The notes: generated by a model not told the origin, from the letters alone. Positions 17,677 to 26,782 are shown, counted from the first letter of the stretch. The stretch is 32,000 nt of DNA from Candidatus Methylomirabilis oxygeniifera (GCA_000091165.1 FP565575.1:690001-722000); one strand, 5' to 3'. Translations and numbers: made by a program.

Positions 17677-19271
17677 CGTGACCGTTTTCGTCCGAGGACG
17701 ACGGATGTCCCGGAGACCAGGAATAGGGCCGGCACCACGACGACCAGGAACCAGAAGGCCATTCGCCCTTGCGTCGCGCTCAAGATAATGGGAGTGGTCT
17801 TTGCCTCCCTCGGCCGGATGGAGATCATCCCCTCCTCTTCGGCCAGCCAACTGATGCTGTTCAGGAACAGATCCCGGTTCCCCGAGAAGTTCAAAAAGCT
17901 ATTGCCGGCAAAGCTGGAGGTGCCGTACACCACTAACCGGGCTGCTGTCGGTTGTTCGTGAGCCTCCTGCTCTTTATCTCCCTTCCCTATAGTGTTCCTC
18001 TTCGCCTCTGCGGCTGCTGCTGTCTGCTGGGCCTGCACCGTGGCGATGGCCCCCACTGAGACCGGTCCCTGCCGATCCTGTCCTTTCTCAAAGCTGAGTT
18101 GACCCCGATTCAACTCGCCTTTATCGGACTCCGCCCAGCTTCCCGGACCCGTTTCCCCGAGCTTCTGGACGGTGACACCCTGCGGCGTCGGTTGCGCGAC
18201 GTCCACAGAGCGCGCAAAGGGAAAAAGAGAGGCAAGGGTGAAATTCTGGGTAATCGCATGCGGATAGTAATTGGAGACCACCGGCATCAGGTAATCACCG
18301 CCCATGGTACGGGCGTACTGATCTACAATCACATCGTCCCCGACCGTGATGCCGTATCGGCCCACAAATGCCTTGAGGCTCGGCGCCGCATATGGATCGA
18401 GCTGGATGAGCAGCTTGCCGCCGCGCTCGACAAACGCCTGCAGGGCCTGCAGCTCCGATTCAGCCGGGTCGCGCTTCGGCCCGCTGATCACGAGCATCGA
18501 AGCGTCCTGTGGAACCTCACGTTCGCGGACGAGCAACAGTTCCTTGACCTGGTAGTTAGCCTTCTCGATCGCCTCTTTTGCCTGTCGGTAGCCGTTCCGC
18601 GATCCGTCCTCCAACTCGTTTTCCCCATGTCCCTTCAGGAAATAGATCGTGCGCTTCCCTTCGCGGAGCAGCTTGACCAGCCCATTCGTCAGGTGCTCCT
18701 CATCCACCTCAGAGATCTTTTCTTCCTTATCCTTCGTCTCTAAGATCGTGGTCCCGTAGGTCGCGATGCCGTATCGCTTGGCCCTGCCGGGGTTCCTGTC
18801 GGGATCGACCACTTCGAAGCGGAACCGTTGCGAAAGGTCGGCATACTGGCGCAGGAGGTCTTCGGCGGGTCGGCGCTCCGCCTGGTCGGCTCGGAAGAAG
18901 GCCGTGACCTGGACATCCGCAGCGAGTCCTCCGACCACCTTCCTGGTCTGATCGGCGAGACTGTACCGCTTCCCTGCCGTCAGGTCGAACCGCGTGTTGT
19001 GCTTAGCCGAGATGACCTCCACCAGAACGATGATCCCCAGCACCAGCATCGTCATCAGGACGACGTTCAATCCGGTAATCGTAGAGCGCCGACTCAGCCA
19101 AGCCATGATTGCGCCAAAGGAACGGTACACACCGATAAGGATAAGGACCGCCCCGAGCAGGAGGATGCTTCCCATCCATGCCTTCAAGTCCGGGCTGATG
19201 TTGTAGGCAATCCCGCCGGCGACAAGGAGGATGAGGCCGGCCGGTACGGTAAGGCGAGCAAGTTTGTCCAT
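17673..19271 (-). CDS. GldG-family ABC transporter auxiliary protein
   Basis: ATG at 19271 preceded by GGAGGGG. N-terminal TMs, FDLTAGKRYSLADQTRKVV, AFFRADQAERRPAEDLLRQYA, VVSGPKRDPAESE..; C-terminal TM followed by RKRSR. Confidence 0.82.
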   Translation of the reverse strand: MDKLARLTVPAGLILLVAGGIAYNISPDLKAWMGSILLLGAVLILIGVYRSFGAIMAWLSRRSTITGLNVVLMTMLVLGIIVLVEVISAKHNTRFDLTAGKRYSLADQTRKVVGGLAADVQVTAFFRADQAERRPAEDLLRQYADLSQRFRFEVVDPDRNPGRAKRYGIATYGTTILETKDKEEKISEVDEEHLTNGLVKLLREGKRTIYFLKGHGENELEDGSRNGYRQAKEAIEKANYQVKELLLVREREVPQDASMLVISGPKRDPAESELQALQAFVERGGKLLIQLDPYAAPSLKAFVGRYGITVGDDVIVDQYARTMGGDYLMPVVSNYYPHAITQNFTLASLFPFARSVDVAQPTPQGVTVQKLGETGPGSWAESDKGELNRGQLSFEKGQDRQGPVSVGAIATVQAQQTAAAAEAKRNTIGKGDKEQEAHEQPTAARLVVYGTSSFAGNSFLNFSGNRDLFLNSISWLAEEEGMISIRPREAKTTPIILSATQGRMAFWFLVVVVPALFLVSGTSVVLGRKRSR

Positions 19272-19273
19272 GG

Positions 19274-20041
19274 CTAGCCCCTCCACCGTTTCGATTCGAG
19301 GGAACGGAGCGTCAGGAAGAGGCAGAGGAGTGTGAAGTTGAGGTAGAAGATCACGTCCCTGCTTTCAATGGTGCCCTTGGCGAAACTGTCGTAATGGTTG
19401 ATGATCGAGAGGTGTGAGAGGATGGGGCCCAGCGTCGGCCCGGCCGCCTCGGCGGTCCAACCGATGACCCACAGCAACAAGAGGACGCCGAAGGCCCCGA
19501 CGGCGGCGACCACCTGGTTTTCGGTCAGGGCGGAGGCGAGAATCCCGAGTGCCAGGAAAGCCATGCCGAGAAGCAGGAGGCCAAGGTAGCCGCTCAGGAT
19601 GAGCCCCCATTCCAACGTCGCAAAGGTCCCGAGCATTGCGATGTCAAGCAGGCTGATCCCGAGCATCGCTGCGTACAGCGCGAGCGCCGCCAGGAACTTA
19701 CCCAACAGCAGCTCCCAGTCCCTGATCGGGTACGAGAAAAGCAGCTCGATGGTTCCCGTCTTCTTCTCTTCGGAAAACAGGCGCATGGTGGCCGCGGGCA
19801 TCAGGAGCAGCATCGTAATGGCGATATCACGAAACAGCGGGCGAACGATCCACTCAGAGGCATTCAGACCTCGACCGAAGGCGGGGTTCATCGTGGCCTG
19901 CAGGCTGCTGAGCGAGAAAAAGGCGAGAAGACCATAGAAAAAGTAGCCTGAGATGAGCGCGAAGATGGTCAGGACCACGTAGGCGATCGGCGAGGCGAAG
20001 TAGGCGCGCCATTCTTTCTTGAAGATCGCCAGGACGTTCAT
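19274..20041 (-). CDS. ABC-2 type transporter permease
   Basis: MNVLAIFKKEWRAYFASPIAYVVLTIFALISGYFFY..., six TM segments, EEKKTGTIELLFSYPI motif. Confidence 0.88.
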   Translation of the reverse strand: MNVLAIFKKEWRAYFASPIAYVVLTIFALISGYFFYGLLAFFSLSSLQATMNPAFGRGLNASEWIVRPLFRDIAITMLLLMPAATMRLFSEEKKTGTIELLFSYPIRDWELLLGKFLAALALYAAMLGISLLDIAMLGTFATLEWGLILSGYLGLLLLGMAFLALGILASALTENQVVAAVGAFGVLLLLWVIGWTAEAAGPTLGPILSHLSIINHYDSFAKGTIESRDVIFYLNFTLLCLFLTLRSLESKRWRG

Positions 20042-21024
20042 GACTGCACCTCATGCGCTTCCTTGGTTACCAGGCGCACGAAGATCTCCTCCAAGCTCAT
20101 GTCGGCGGGACGGAGCTCCAGCAGTCCCCATCCGCGCTCAACGATCAGACGGGAGACCTCACGACGCAGGTCGCAATGTCGCTCCGACTCGACGACAAGG
20201 CTGTGGGTAGTCTCGCCTGTCTGTGCGTCGGCATGTCCGGCAGACAGGCGCGCCTCATCCTCCGCCATGACCCGCAGCACGCCTGGAAGCTGGGTTAGGG
20301 CCATCCCAACCTGGTTCACTGGTCCCTCGACCCTGATGCGCAGTTTGGTGGAACTCTGAAGCCCGGCCGTCAGGTTCTCCGGGGTATCGACTGCCACAAT
20401 CTGTCCGTTGTTGATGATAATCACCCGATGACAGAGCATGCTGACCTCTGGCAGGATGTGCGTGGACAGGATCACCGTGCTTTGGCCGGCCAGCTCTTTG
20501 ATGAGCTGTCTGATTTCGATAATTTGGCTCGGATCGAGCCCGATAGTCGGCTCATCCATGATGAGCACCTCAGGATCGTTGAGCAGCGCCTGAGCGATCC
20601 CGACCCGCTGCTTGTAACCGCGCGAGAGGGCGCCGATCAAGGTCCGCCGGACTTTGGCGACGCCGCACTTGTCCATGATCTCGTCGATCCTCTGTCGCCT
20701 CCGTCCACGATCTACGCCCTTCACCTCTGCCACGAACGCCAGGTAGTCGGTCACCTTCATGTCGGTATAGAGCGGTACGTTCTCCGGCAGGTAGCCGATA
20801 CGTCGCCGCACCTGGAGCGATTCGATCAGAATATCATAGCCCGCGACGCGCGCCGTCCCGCTGCTGGGCGGCAGACAACCGGTCAGGATCCGCATCGTGG
20901 TGGTCTTGCCGGCGCCGTTCGGCCCGAGAAACCCCACGATCTCCCCTTTATCGACCTTGAAGGAGACGTCCCGAATCGCCGTATGCTTGTCGTAAAATTT
21001 CGTGAGCTTGTCCGCTTCGATCAT
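20038..21024 (-). CDS. ABC transporter ATP-binding protein
   Basis: ATG at 21024 after AGGAGAG. Walker A GPNGAGKT, signature region (LSRGYKQRVGIAQALLNDPEVLIMDEPTIGLDP). Confidence 0.93.
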   Translation of the reverse strand: MIEADKLTKFYDKHTAIRDVSFKVDKGEIVGFLGPNGAGKTTTMRILTGCLPPSSGTARVAGYDILIESLQVRRRIGYLPENVPLYTDMKVTDYLAFVAEVKGVDRGRRRQRIDEIMDKCGVAKVRRTLIGALSRGYKQRVGIAQALLNDPEVLIMDEPTIGLDPSQIIEIRQLIKELAGQSTVILSTHILPEVSMLCHRVIIINNGQIVAVDTPENLTAGLQSSTKLRIRVEGPVNQVGMALTQLPGVLRVMAEDEARLSAGHADAQTGETTHSLVVESERHCDLRREVSRLIVERGWGLLELRPADMSLEEIFVRLVTKEAHEVQS

Positions 21025-21122
21025 TCTCTCTCCTGTTGCGTCCCTGCCGCCGGTCGGCAGCCTGAATCTCGAAAGACCATCGGACATTGTACACGATCCT
21101 GCTTGCTTCGCGCAACGGCGGT

Positions 21123-21130
21123 GCGATACG
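21123..21130 (+). repeat. Left target-site duplication GCGATACG
   Basis: Abuts the left terminal inverted repeat; identical to 26802..26809. Confidence 0.85.
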
Positions 21131-21149
21131 GGTAGTGGGTCAGTTTGAA
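21131..21149 (+). repeat. Left terminal inverted repeat
   Basis: GGTAGTGGGTCAGTTTGAA. Confidence 0.88.
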
Positions 21150-21973
21150 TCCAGTAAGCCGACAATTTCTTCGAGCGACCATACATGATCGGTAACTCCC
21201 GCCTGCATCGCCGGGGTAACTCGAAGCGTCTGATGTACCCGCCCGAAGTTGTACCACATGAAATGTAGGGCAACAGCGGCCTCAAGGTTCTCAACTTTCT
21301 TCGAGAAGGCATTAGTCAGTCGAGTGAATCTCCTCATGCTCATGCGCATGGTAAGGTTCTGGCGTTCCACAAACGAGGTCGAGACGTGCCGAGGATCGGG
21401 GTTTCCTTCAATCCGGTTTTTCTGGCATCCCGTACACTGAGGCGGACTGTATCGCCTCTGCTGCTGCTCTGGCGCTTCCCCGAACAGCTTCACTAATTGC
21501 GCGTAGTCCACATCGGCTCCAAACGCACCCTCTATGGCAGTCAGATACATCTTCAACCCGTCCGTCGTGAGTTGTACGCGGGTAGCGAGCCGCGTTGCAA
21601 GATCGTTGATAAACTCAGCAGCATAGCCCGCGTCACGTTCGCCTACCAGCCAAGAGATCATCAGTTTGGAGTCGGCGTCCATAGCCGCCCAAGTCCACAC
21701 ATCGCCGACTCCTGGTTTTCCCTTCATGTGCTCAGGCACGTTCTTTTCCTTCGCATAGCAGAATGACCATATCTCATCGCACTGGATACGCTTGCAGCGG
21801 AGATTCACGAGGGTTCGCCGCTGGTACTCACTGCAAGCTGCTCCGAGATCGGCCAAGAGCTTGAGGACCGTGCCTTTGGCTACACCCGTCATGCGGACAG
21901 TGGAGCGAATCGAATTGCCTTCGACTAGGGCGGCTACGACTTGTGCCCGCTTGTCCTTGCTTAATCTGTTCAT
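21140..21973 (-). CDS. IS1-type DDE transposase
   Basis: Conserved MNRLSKDKRAQVVAALVEGNSIRSTVRMTGVAKGTVLKLL (HTH), QCDEIWSF, DVWTWAAMDADSKLMISWLVGERD, STSFVERQNLTMRMSMRRFTRLTNAFSKK. ATG at 21973 is the family-like start. Confidence 0.88.
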   Translation of the reverse strand: MNRLSKDKRAQVVAALVEGNSIRSTVRMTGVAKGTVLKLLADLGAACSEYQRRTLVNLRCKRIQCDEIWSFCYAKEKNVPEHMKGKPGVGDVWTWAAMDADSKLMISWLVGERDAGYAAEFINDLATRLATRVQLTTDGLKMYLTAIEGAFGADVDYAQLVKLFGEAPEQQQRRYSPPQCTGCQKNRIEGNPDPRHVSTSFVERQNLTMRMSMRRFTRLTNAFSKKVENLEAAVALHFMWYNFGRVHQTLRVTPAMQAGVTDHVWSLEEIVGLLDSN

Positions 21974-22064
21974 ACTCAGAATATAGCTTGAGCGGTCAAG
22001 CATGTCAAGAGGAAAATGATGTTGAAACATTGTGGCGGCGATAGATTATGAGAAGATTGGCGTC

Positions 22065-23123
22065 CTAGACGAGTCGCAATGAATTAGGTTGGCCCAAATA
22101 GATGGCTTTTACCTCTTTTTCACGTAAAGCGATAAGATGACTAAACTCGGCGATGCTGTACTGCAATCTGGTTCGATGGAGATCAATAAGCTTATTGAGC
22201 AATCGAGGTTGCTCTGCTGGAATATCAAGTTCCGGGGGTTCCCGAAGCCGATAGCCAGCCTTACTGAATTGCATCCAGATATACCGCTCCTGCCTTTCCG
22301 TAATCTTGCCAAGTTTGGCGGCCCGTTTTAGAAGTGCGCCCATAGATACTTTCCAGTACGGCTTCAATATAGCAAGCTTAGGTACAGTGATTTCGCTAAG
22401 AGAATGCCTGATATCATCGGCAGGCATAAGAAAACTGGCCGCGAATCTATTGGCTTGGTCTTCAAGGTCCGCGTTCACAGTGCGGTGCATAATCACATGA
22501 CCAAGCTCATGAGCTAGACTGAAGCGCATTCGGTCGCCTGGTACTCCCGCGTTCACAAAGAATAAAGGTGGAAGACCAGTAATCCACTGACTAATTGCAT
22601 CTATCTTGCGAGTGTCAAAATCACACTTAATAATGATCCCGCCAGCATCCTCAATGGCCTTTGTAACGTTCTGTATTGGCCCCTTGGGAAGGACCCAACT
22701 TGCTCGGACAGCCAGTGCGACGTTCTCGGCCTGGCCATCAAACTCGTCTATGTCGAATTTTGGAAAACTCTTAGCTGGCTCAATCTCTGCGGCCTTAAGC
22801 ATTTTGGCCACATGGAATCTTCGGATATTGACCATAGCGTGAATTTTGTTCAGAGTCTTAATGGAGATGGTTTCTTTCTTTCTGTGAAACAGAATACTTG
22901 TTCCTATTCCATAGAGATCCTCATCCTGAAAAAAGAAGTGCTCAGGATAGTCTAGGGCACTGGATAGGGTCTTCAGCATTTCATCAGAGAGAGGCAATAG
23001 TCCCGCCTCAATCTTTGAGATTCGCGCCTGGGAAGCACCTACCTTGGTCGCTAATTCGCTTTGCGTTAATCCGCGAGATTCGCGGCCAAGGACTACCATT
23101 TTTGGGTTAACCTGAGGCTTCAT
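22065..23123 (-). CDS. Xre-type HTH plus ImmA/IrrE metallopeptidase-like protein
   Basis: N-terminal HTH (LTQSELATKVGASQARISKIEAG); zinc peptidase motif FSLAHELGHVIMH...LEDQANRFAASFLMP. Confidence 0.9.
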   Translation of the reverse strand: MKPQVNPKMVVLGRESRGLTQSELATKVGASQARISKIEAGLLPLSDEMLKTLSSALDYPEHFFFQDEDLYGIGTSILFHRKKETISIKTLNKIHAMVNIRRFHVAKMLKAAEIEPAKSFPKFDIDEFDGQAENVALAVRASWVLPKGPIQNVTKAIEDAGGIIIKCDFDTRKIDAISQWITGLPPLFFVNAGVPGDRMRFSLAHELGHVIMHRTVNADLEDQANRFAASFLMPADDIRHSLSEITVPKLAILKPYWKVSMGALLKRAAKLGKITERQERYIWMQFSKAGYRLREPPELDIPAEQPRLLNKLIDLHRTRLQYSIAEFSHLIALREKEVKAIYLGQPNSLRLV

Positions 23124-23703
23124 TTTTCATCTTCTTTAGCTCGCCAACCTTTGGATGCACTTGTGTTTCTGCGTGCTGCGAAGGCGTGATCTCATGGACC
23201 AGTGGAATGCTAGATTGAAGCTCGACCTCCAGGTCAATAACGTATTCGGTACCTTGCCAGCGAGGGCAGCTTATTAGAACAGCGGCGATCATGGTCTGCA
23301 AATCGTTCAACTGGTATCCAACATCAAGTCTAGTGGATTCCGGGATTCCATCCAGTGGTAGATTGTCCATGAAGGCAATAGCTTGTTGTGTTGGGTAGTT
23401 TCTTGACCGTCGGTTCTTGCCGAGCTTCTTGAAGCGGAGAAGTGCCTTTCCCTCAACGTGCACTAGAAAATAGCCTCGCTGCATAAGCGACCGAACATTT
23501 GGGACATTTTCAAATGCTTGGCGAGCTAGTTCTACCATATGATCGCGTAGAATGTTGGCCCTGGTACGAGGCGTGTGAATCATCCTGACTTCAGGAGGAT
23601 ACTTACTGAGATAATCGTCCCAGGCGGGTCGTACACAGCTATGAATCCGCTCATAATGAGGTTTGAGGAGGTTTTCCGCTTCAACTCTTGTGAGTCGTGA
23701 CAT
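23107..23703 (-). CDS. Hypothetical protein translationally coupled to the Xre-ImmA/IrrE gene
   Basis: ATG 23703 preceded by AAAGGAG; 3' end overlaps the ImmA/IrrE start by 17 nt; no recognised domain. Confidence 0.72.
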   Translation of the reverse strand: MSRLTRVEAENLLKPHYERIHSCVRPAWDDYLSKYPPEVRMIHTPRTRANILRDHMVELARQAFENVPNVRSLMQRGYFLVHVEGKALLRFKKLGKNRRSRNYPTQQAIAFMDNLPLDGIPESTRLDVGYQLNDLQTMIAAVLISCPRWQGTEYVIDLEVELQSSIPLVHEITPSQHAETQVHPKVGELKKMKNEASG

Positions 23704-23850
23704 ATTTCCCAATCTCCTTTCTCCAACAAGGTTCAAAAGGAGACTACAGAGGTAATTGTCAAAAGTCAAGATAATTATTCTTATTATTATTCCGCGTCAC
23801 AATCAAGGGTTCGGGACTCTTGTTTCTATGCTAATCCTAGTATGTAGAAC

Positions 23851-23869
23851 TATCGTATTCATTCCGATA
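23851..23869. promoter_or_regulatory. Candidate operator for the C protein (divergent intergenic region)
   Basis: Inverted repeat TATCG-N9-CGATA 14 nt upstream of the C-protein ATG; not a canonical GACT/AGTC C-box, so tentative. Confidence 0.25.
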
Positions 23870-23882
23870 ACCTACTGCGCAA

Positions 23883-24098
23883 ATGAACACAGACATCCTG
23901 TTACGTTTTGGACAAAAAGTACGGCAAAGACGGCTGTCTCTTGCGATATCCCAAGAGGAACTTGCAGAGCGTGCAGGCGTTCATCGCACATACGTCGGGA
24001 TGATCGAGCGAGGAGAAAAAAACATCACACTGCGCAACATTGTGAAGTTTGCCAAGGCGCTCGATATGCCAGTCCATAATCTAATGAAATTCAAATAG
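23883..24098 (+). CDS. Small Xre-type regulator, probable restriction-modification controller (C) protein
   Basis: 71 aa: FGQKVRQRRLSLAISQEELAERAGVHRTYVGMIERGEKNITLRNIVKFAKAL, immediately upstream of a restriction endonuclease gene. Confidence 0.83.
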   Translation: MNTDILLRFGQKVRQRRLSLAISQEELAERAGVHRTYVGMIERGEKNITLRNIVKFAKALDMPVHNLMKFK

Positions 24099-24103
24099 GT
24101 ATT

Positions 24104-24703
24104 ATGGGCAGTAAAGAACTAAAGGGCAGGGCCGTTTGGCAAGATCAAAGTGGAGCAAACGCGAAGGTTGCCGAAAAGGATTTCTACGCTGTTTTCGAAA
24201 CGGCATTTCAAAACACTTCGTTTCGGATAAGGTCAAAACCGAAGGAATTTAAGAACATATACACAAATGTGATCCTTGACCCGAGTGTTTCCGCTGAAAT
24301 ATACAATCCGAAAGAAGGGATCAAGAGGCACGGAATAAGCCCCGACTACGCGATCGACAATCTTGATACGAAGAAAACGCTGTATGTTGAAGTGAAAAGG
24401 CAAGACGGTTGGGTTGAGGGCGGCAAGCGTTCCGATGGTCGAGGGAATGCCCATGAAAGATCATGCAAGTTCTTTACTCCAGGACTACTGGAGGTGATGC
24501 GACATCAAGGAAGACTTGGCGATAAGGTTCTTCCCTTCTGGACTGTCTTTCTTGGTGATATCACTCGCGATCCATGCCGAGTTCGGGAAATAACTTTGTG
24601 GTATAAGGGCTATGAAGATCATTTTTTCTTTTGGCGAAACCCGAAGGATGAGAAATCTCTGTTGAAACACTTTCAAGAGAAGCTTAAACACTTACTGATC
24701 TGA
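24104..24703 (+). CDS. Type II restriction endonuclease, MunI/EcoRI-like
   Basis: PD-(D/E)xK-like SPDYAIDNLDTKKTLYVEVK followed by GNAHERSCKF, resembling EcoRI/MunI; paired with C protein and adenine methylase. Confidence 0.75.
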   Translation: MGSKELKGRAVWQDQSGANAKVAEKDFYAVFETAFQNTSFRIRSKPKEFKNIYTNVILDPSVSAEIYNPKEGIKRHGISPDYAIDNLDTKKTLYVEVKRQDGWVEGGKRSDGRGNAHERSCKFFTPGLLEVMRHQGRLGDKVLPFWTVFLGDITRDPCRVREITLWYKGYEDHFFFWRNPKDEKSLLKHFQEKLKHLLI

Positions 24704-25427
24704 AGTCCTCTCGCTCTTGATTGAGGACATCCAATCCCCATTGAGTCCAGCCTTTAGATTTCATTCTTGCGAATAGTTCAATTCGGTCTTGGGTTGGGAA
24801 CATCTTTTCTATTGCTTCTCTGATTTCGTCTGGTTTCATGCTGTGCACTCTTCGGGGACTTCTAATAAGTTGTTGAATATTTCTCGCACCCCTCGGTTGC
24901 GGAATTCGTCCTCGCTTGAAAACTAAGCAAAGCTCACAGTTTGATAGAGTGTATTTGCCGGGGTTGTGAATCATTTTATCCCATACAAATGCTACGGTTT
25001 TGTACCCAAAACCCCACTTCTGACCAAGAGAAATTGCTTGTGCGAGATGAGGGCTGGTTGCCCACATGAATAGTAAGCAATCATCCTTCGCTATTTCATG
25101 AACCGGCATTGTCATTAGCTCATCGAGCTTCAAAGTGGGATACTTAAATGAAGCCGAACTAATGAAAATGTTTTTTGAGAGATCTATTTCATCTGCATTC
25201 TTGCTGCTTCTATCGAACTGAAGCTTTCCATTATAATCCCATGGAGGGTCCGCGTAGATGATGTCAAATTTCTTCTTCGGAAAATCGGGATACAGGGTAG
25301 GCATTCCGTTTTGCTTGATCCTACTCTTCACTTCCTCATTATAAATGACGTATCCAGTAATCTTTTTCATGCTATCTATAGTGTGCATTTCGGAGGCGCT
25401 GTCAAGCGTTGTTTTAGATCGCTTCAC
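24684..25427 (-). CDS. MT-A70-family adenine-N6 DNA methyltransferase (probable MunI-type modification enzyme)
   Basis: FDIIYADPPWDY catalytic motif, CLLFMWATSPHL, NCELCLVFKRGRIP, HSMKPDEIREAIEKMFP..RIELFAR. Convergent 20-nt overlap with the endonuclease gene. GTG 25427 or downstream ATGs (25388, 25370) possible. Confidence 0.85.
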   Translation of the reverse strand: MKRSKTTLDSASEMHTIDSMKKITGYVIYNEEVKSRIKQNGMPTLYPDFPKKKFDIIYADPPWDYNGKLQFDRSSKNADEIDLSKNIFISSASFKYPTLKLDELMTMPVHEIAKDDCLLFMWATSPHLAQAISLGQKWGFGYKTVAFVWDKMIHNPGKYTLSNCELCLVFKRGRIPQPRGARNIQQLIRSPRRVHSMKPDEIREAIEKMFPTQDRIELFARMKSKGWTQWGLDVLNQEREDFRSVSV

Positions 25428-25662
25428 TTGCCCAACGAGTTAAAGCAGCTTTTTTGGCGATCCGCGATCTCGCCTTGGCAGAGAGCTTCTTCGCTCTAGC
25501 AGGGCCACCCTTAAGACCACCCAATCGACCCAAGGCTACAGCAGCAGGATTCTTTTGCGGGATGCTCTCACTGGCAGGCTTCTCGCCAGTCGCCGCCTGA
25601 ACAATCGAAGAGGCGAGAACGTTGATATCGGTAGGCAGCTTCTTGCTTGTGCGCTTAGGCAT
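25414..25662 (-). CDS. Small basic conserved hypothetical protein upstream of the methylase
   Basis: ATG 25662 after GGAG; NPAAVALGRLGGLKGGPARAKKLSAKARSRIAKKAALTRW; overlaps the methylase start by 14 nt. Confidence 0.65.
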   Translation of the reverse strand: MPKRTSKKLPTDINVLASSIVQAATGEKPASESIPQKNPAAVALGRLGGLKGGPARAKKLSAKARSRIAKKAALTRWASEAI

Positions 25663-25748
25663 ATCTCCAGTATAGAGTTGCCTCTGCCTTGCGTCAAGTG
25701 CTACATGTCGCAAAACGGGTTTTTTATTTTTGTACGGTCGAATAAAAG

Positions 25749-25777
25749 TTTCAATTTTCTACTGAGCCTGTTATACT
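25749..25777 (+). promoter_or_regulatory. Candidate sigma70-like promoter for the Panacea operon
   Basis: TTTCAA-N17-TATACT 34 nt upstream of ATG 25812. Confidence 0.35.
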
Positions 25778-25811
25778 TTTAAATCAATAAGAGCACACGT
25801 AAGCAGGAAGT

Positions 25812-26441
25812 ATGGGAAGCATCAATAGCGAGGTGTGTGCGATGAGAAAACATACTATGCAGAAAACAATCACAAAACGCTTACAAGGACGAAGATTGCA
25901 GGACGACAAGCTGCGAGAACTGATTCTCTATATCGCTAGGGAGTCCGAAGGCGATCCTTCATTCGGAGCTACAAAGCTCAACAAGCTGCTCTTCTATGCG
26001 GACTTCCTTGCTTATAAGCATCTTGGTGGGGCAATCACCAAACAGGAGTATCAAGCTCTCGATCAAGGGCCAGCACCTCGGAAGTTAGTGCCTTTACTGC
26101 AAAAGATGGAGAAGGTGTGTGAAGTTGCTACCCAGAAGACAGACTACCATAACTATACCCAAAATCGAACCATCGCTCTCAGAACAGCAAACCTAGACCG
26201 ATTCAAACCAGAAGAGGTTGTTTTAGTGAGCCGGATCATCCGTCAATGCTGGGGTAAGACTGCACGCCACATGAGCGATCTCTCGCACCAGTTCATAGGA
26301 TGGCGCCTGGCTAACATAGGAGACACGATTCCTTATCCTGTTGCACTAATAAGCGAGCGTGAGCCTACCAAAACAGAAATCAATTACGCTCGGTCTCTGC
26401 AATCGTTGGCGAAGAAATGCTTGTCTTCCAATGTTACCTAA
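25812..26441 (+). CDS. Panacea-domain (DUF4065/SocA-like) antitoxin
   Basis: LRELILYIARESEGDPSFGATKLNKLLFYADFLAYKHLGGAITKQEYQALDQGPAPRKLVPLLQKM is typical of Panacea-domain proteins. Confidence 0.82.
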   Translation: MGSINSEVCAMRKHTMQKTITKRLQGRRLQDDKLRELILYIARESEGDPSFGATKLNKLLFYADFLAYKHLGGAITKQEYQALDQGPAPRKLVPLLQKMEKVCEVATQKTDYHNYTQNRTIALRTANLDRFKPEEVVLVSRIIRQCWGKTARHMSDLSHQFIGWRLANIGDTIPYPVALISEREPTKTEINYARSLQSLAKKCLSSNVT

Positions 26442-26697
26442 CCTGCGATGTGTAATTAAAGAGAAGCGATTTGAAAGCGAGCTTAAGCGGATCAAAACCA
26501 ATCCGCGCCGTGCGGATGATTTTGTTGAGGGTCCAGAGTGGGTATTGTCACGCGATCCTGAACAAGGAACGCAAGTAGAGGAAGATCCGCCGGTCTGGTT
26601 CTTGGGCATTGAGGATGACAGTTCGCACCTAACGGCGGCTATTTACTACACCTTCGACGAGAACCATGTTTGGCTTCTTTCAATCAGGACCATATAG
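26431..26697 (+). CDS. RelE/ParE-like toxin candidate paired with Panacea antitoxin
   Basis: ATG 26431 overlaps the Panacea gene end. KRFESELKRIKTNPRRADDFVEGPEWVLSRDPEQGTQ...VWFLGI...IYYTFDENHVWLLSIRTI resembles RelE-like toxins. Confidence 0.68.
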   Translation: MLPNLRCVIKEKRFESELKRIKTNPRRADDFVEGPEWVLSRDPEQGTQVEEDPPVWFLGIEDDSSHLTAAIYYTFDENHVWLLSIRTI

Positions 26698-26782
26698 TTG
26701 ATCAGATTATCCCGCCGATATTAATCCATCGCTTAGGACACTACCTGCCAGCACTATCTACTACCCGTCATTTACCACTCAC

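Noticed and set aside
21974-22064. Possible inner terminus of a stand-alone IS upstream of the transposase
   Set aside because: No copy of the 19-bp terminal repeat is visible there; the only inverted match is at 26783..26801, supporting one large element.
23701-23882. Canonical C-box (GACTnnnAGTC-type) upstream of the C protein
   Set aside because: Only partial matches (for example GTCAAAAGTC) were found; not strong enough to call, so only the TATCG/CGATA dyad is listed at low confidence.
23756-24079. 107-aa ORF overlapping the C-protein gene
   Set aside because: Different frame from the clear HTH protein 23883..24098; no domain or ribosome-binding site.
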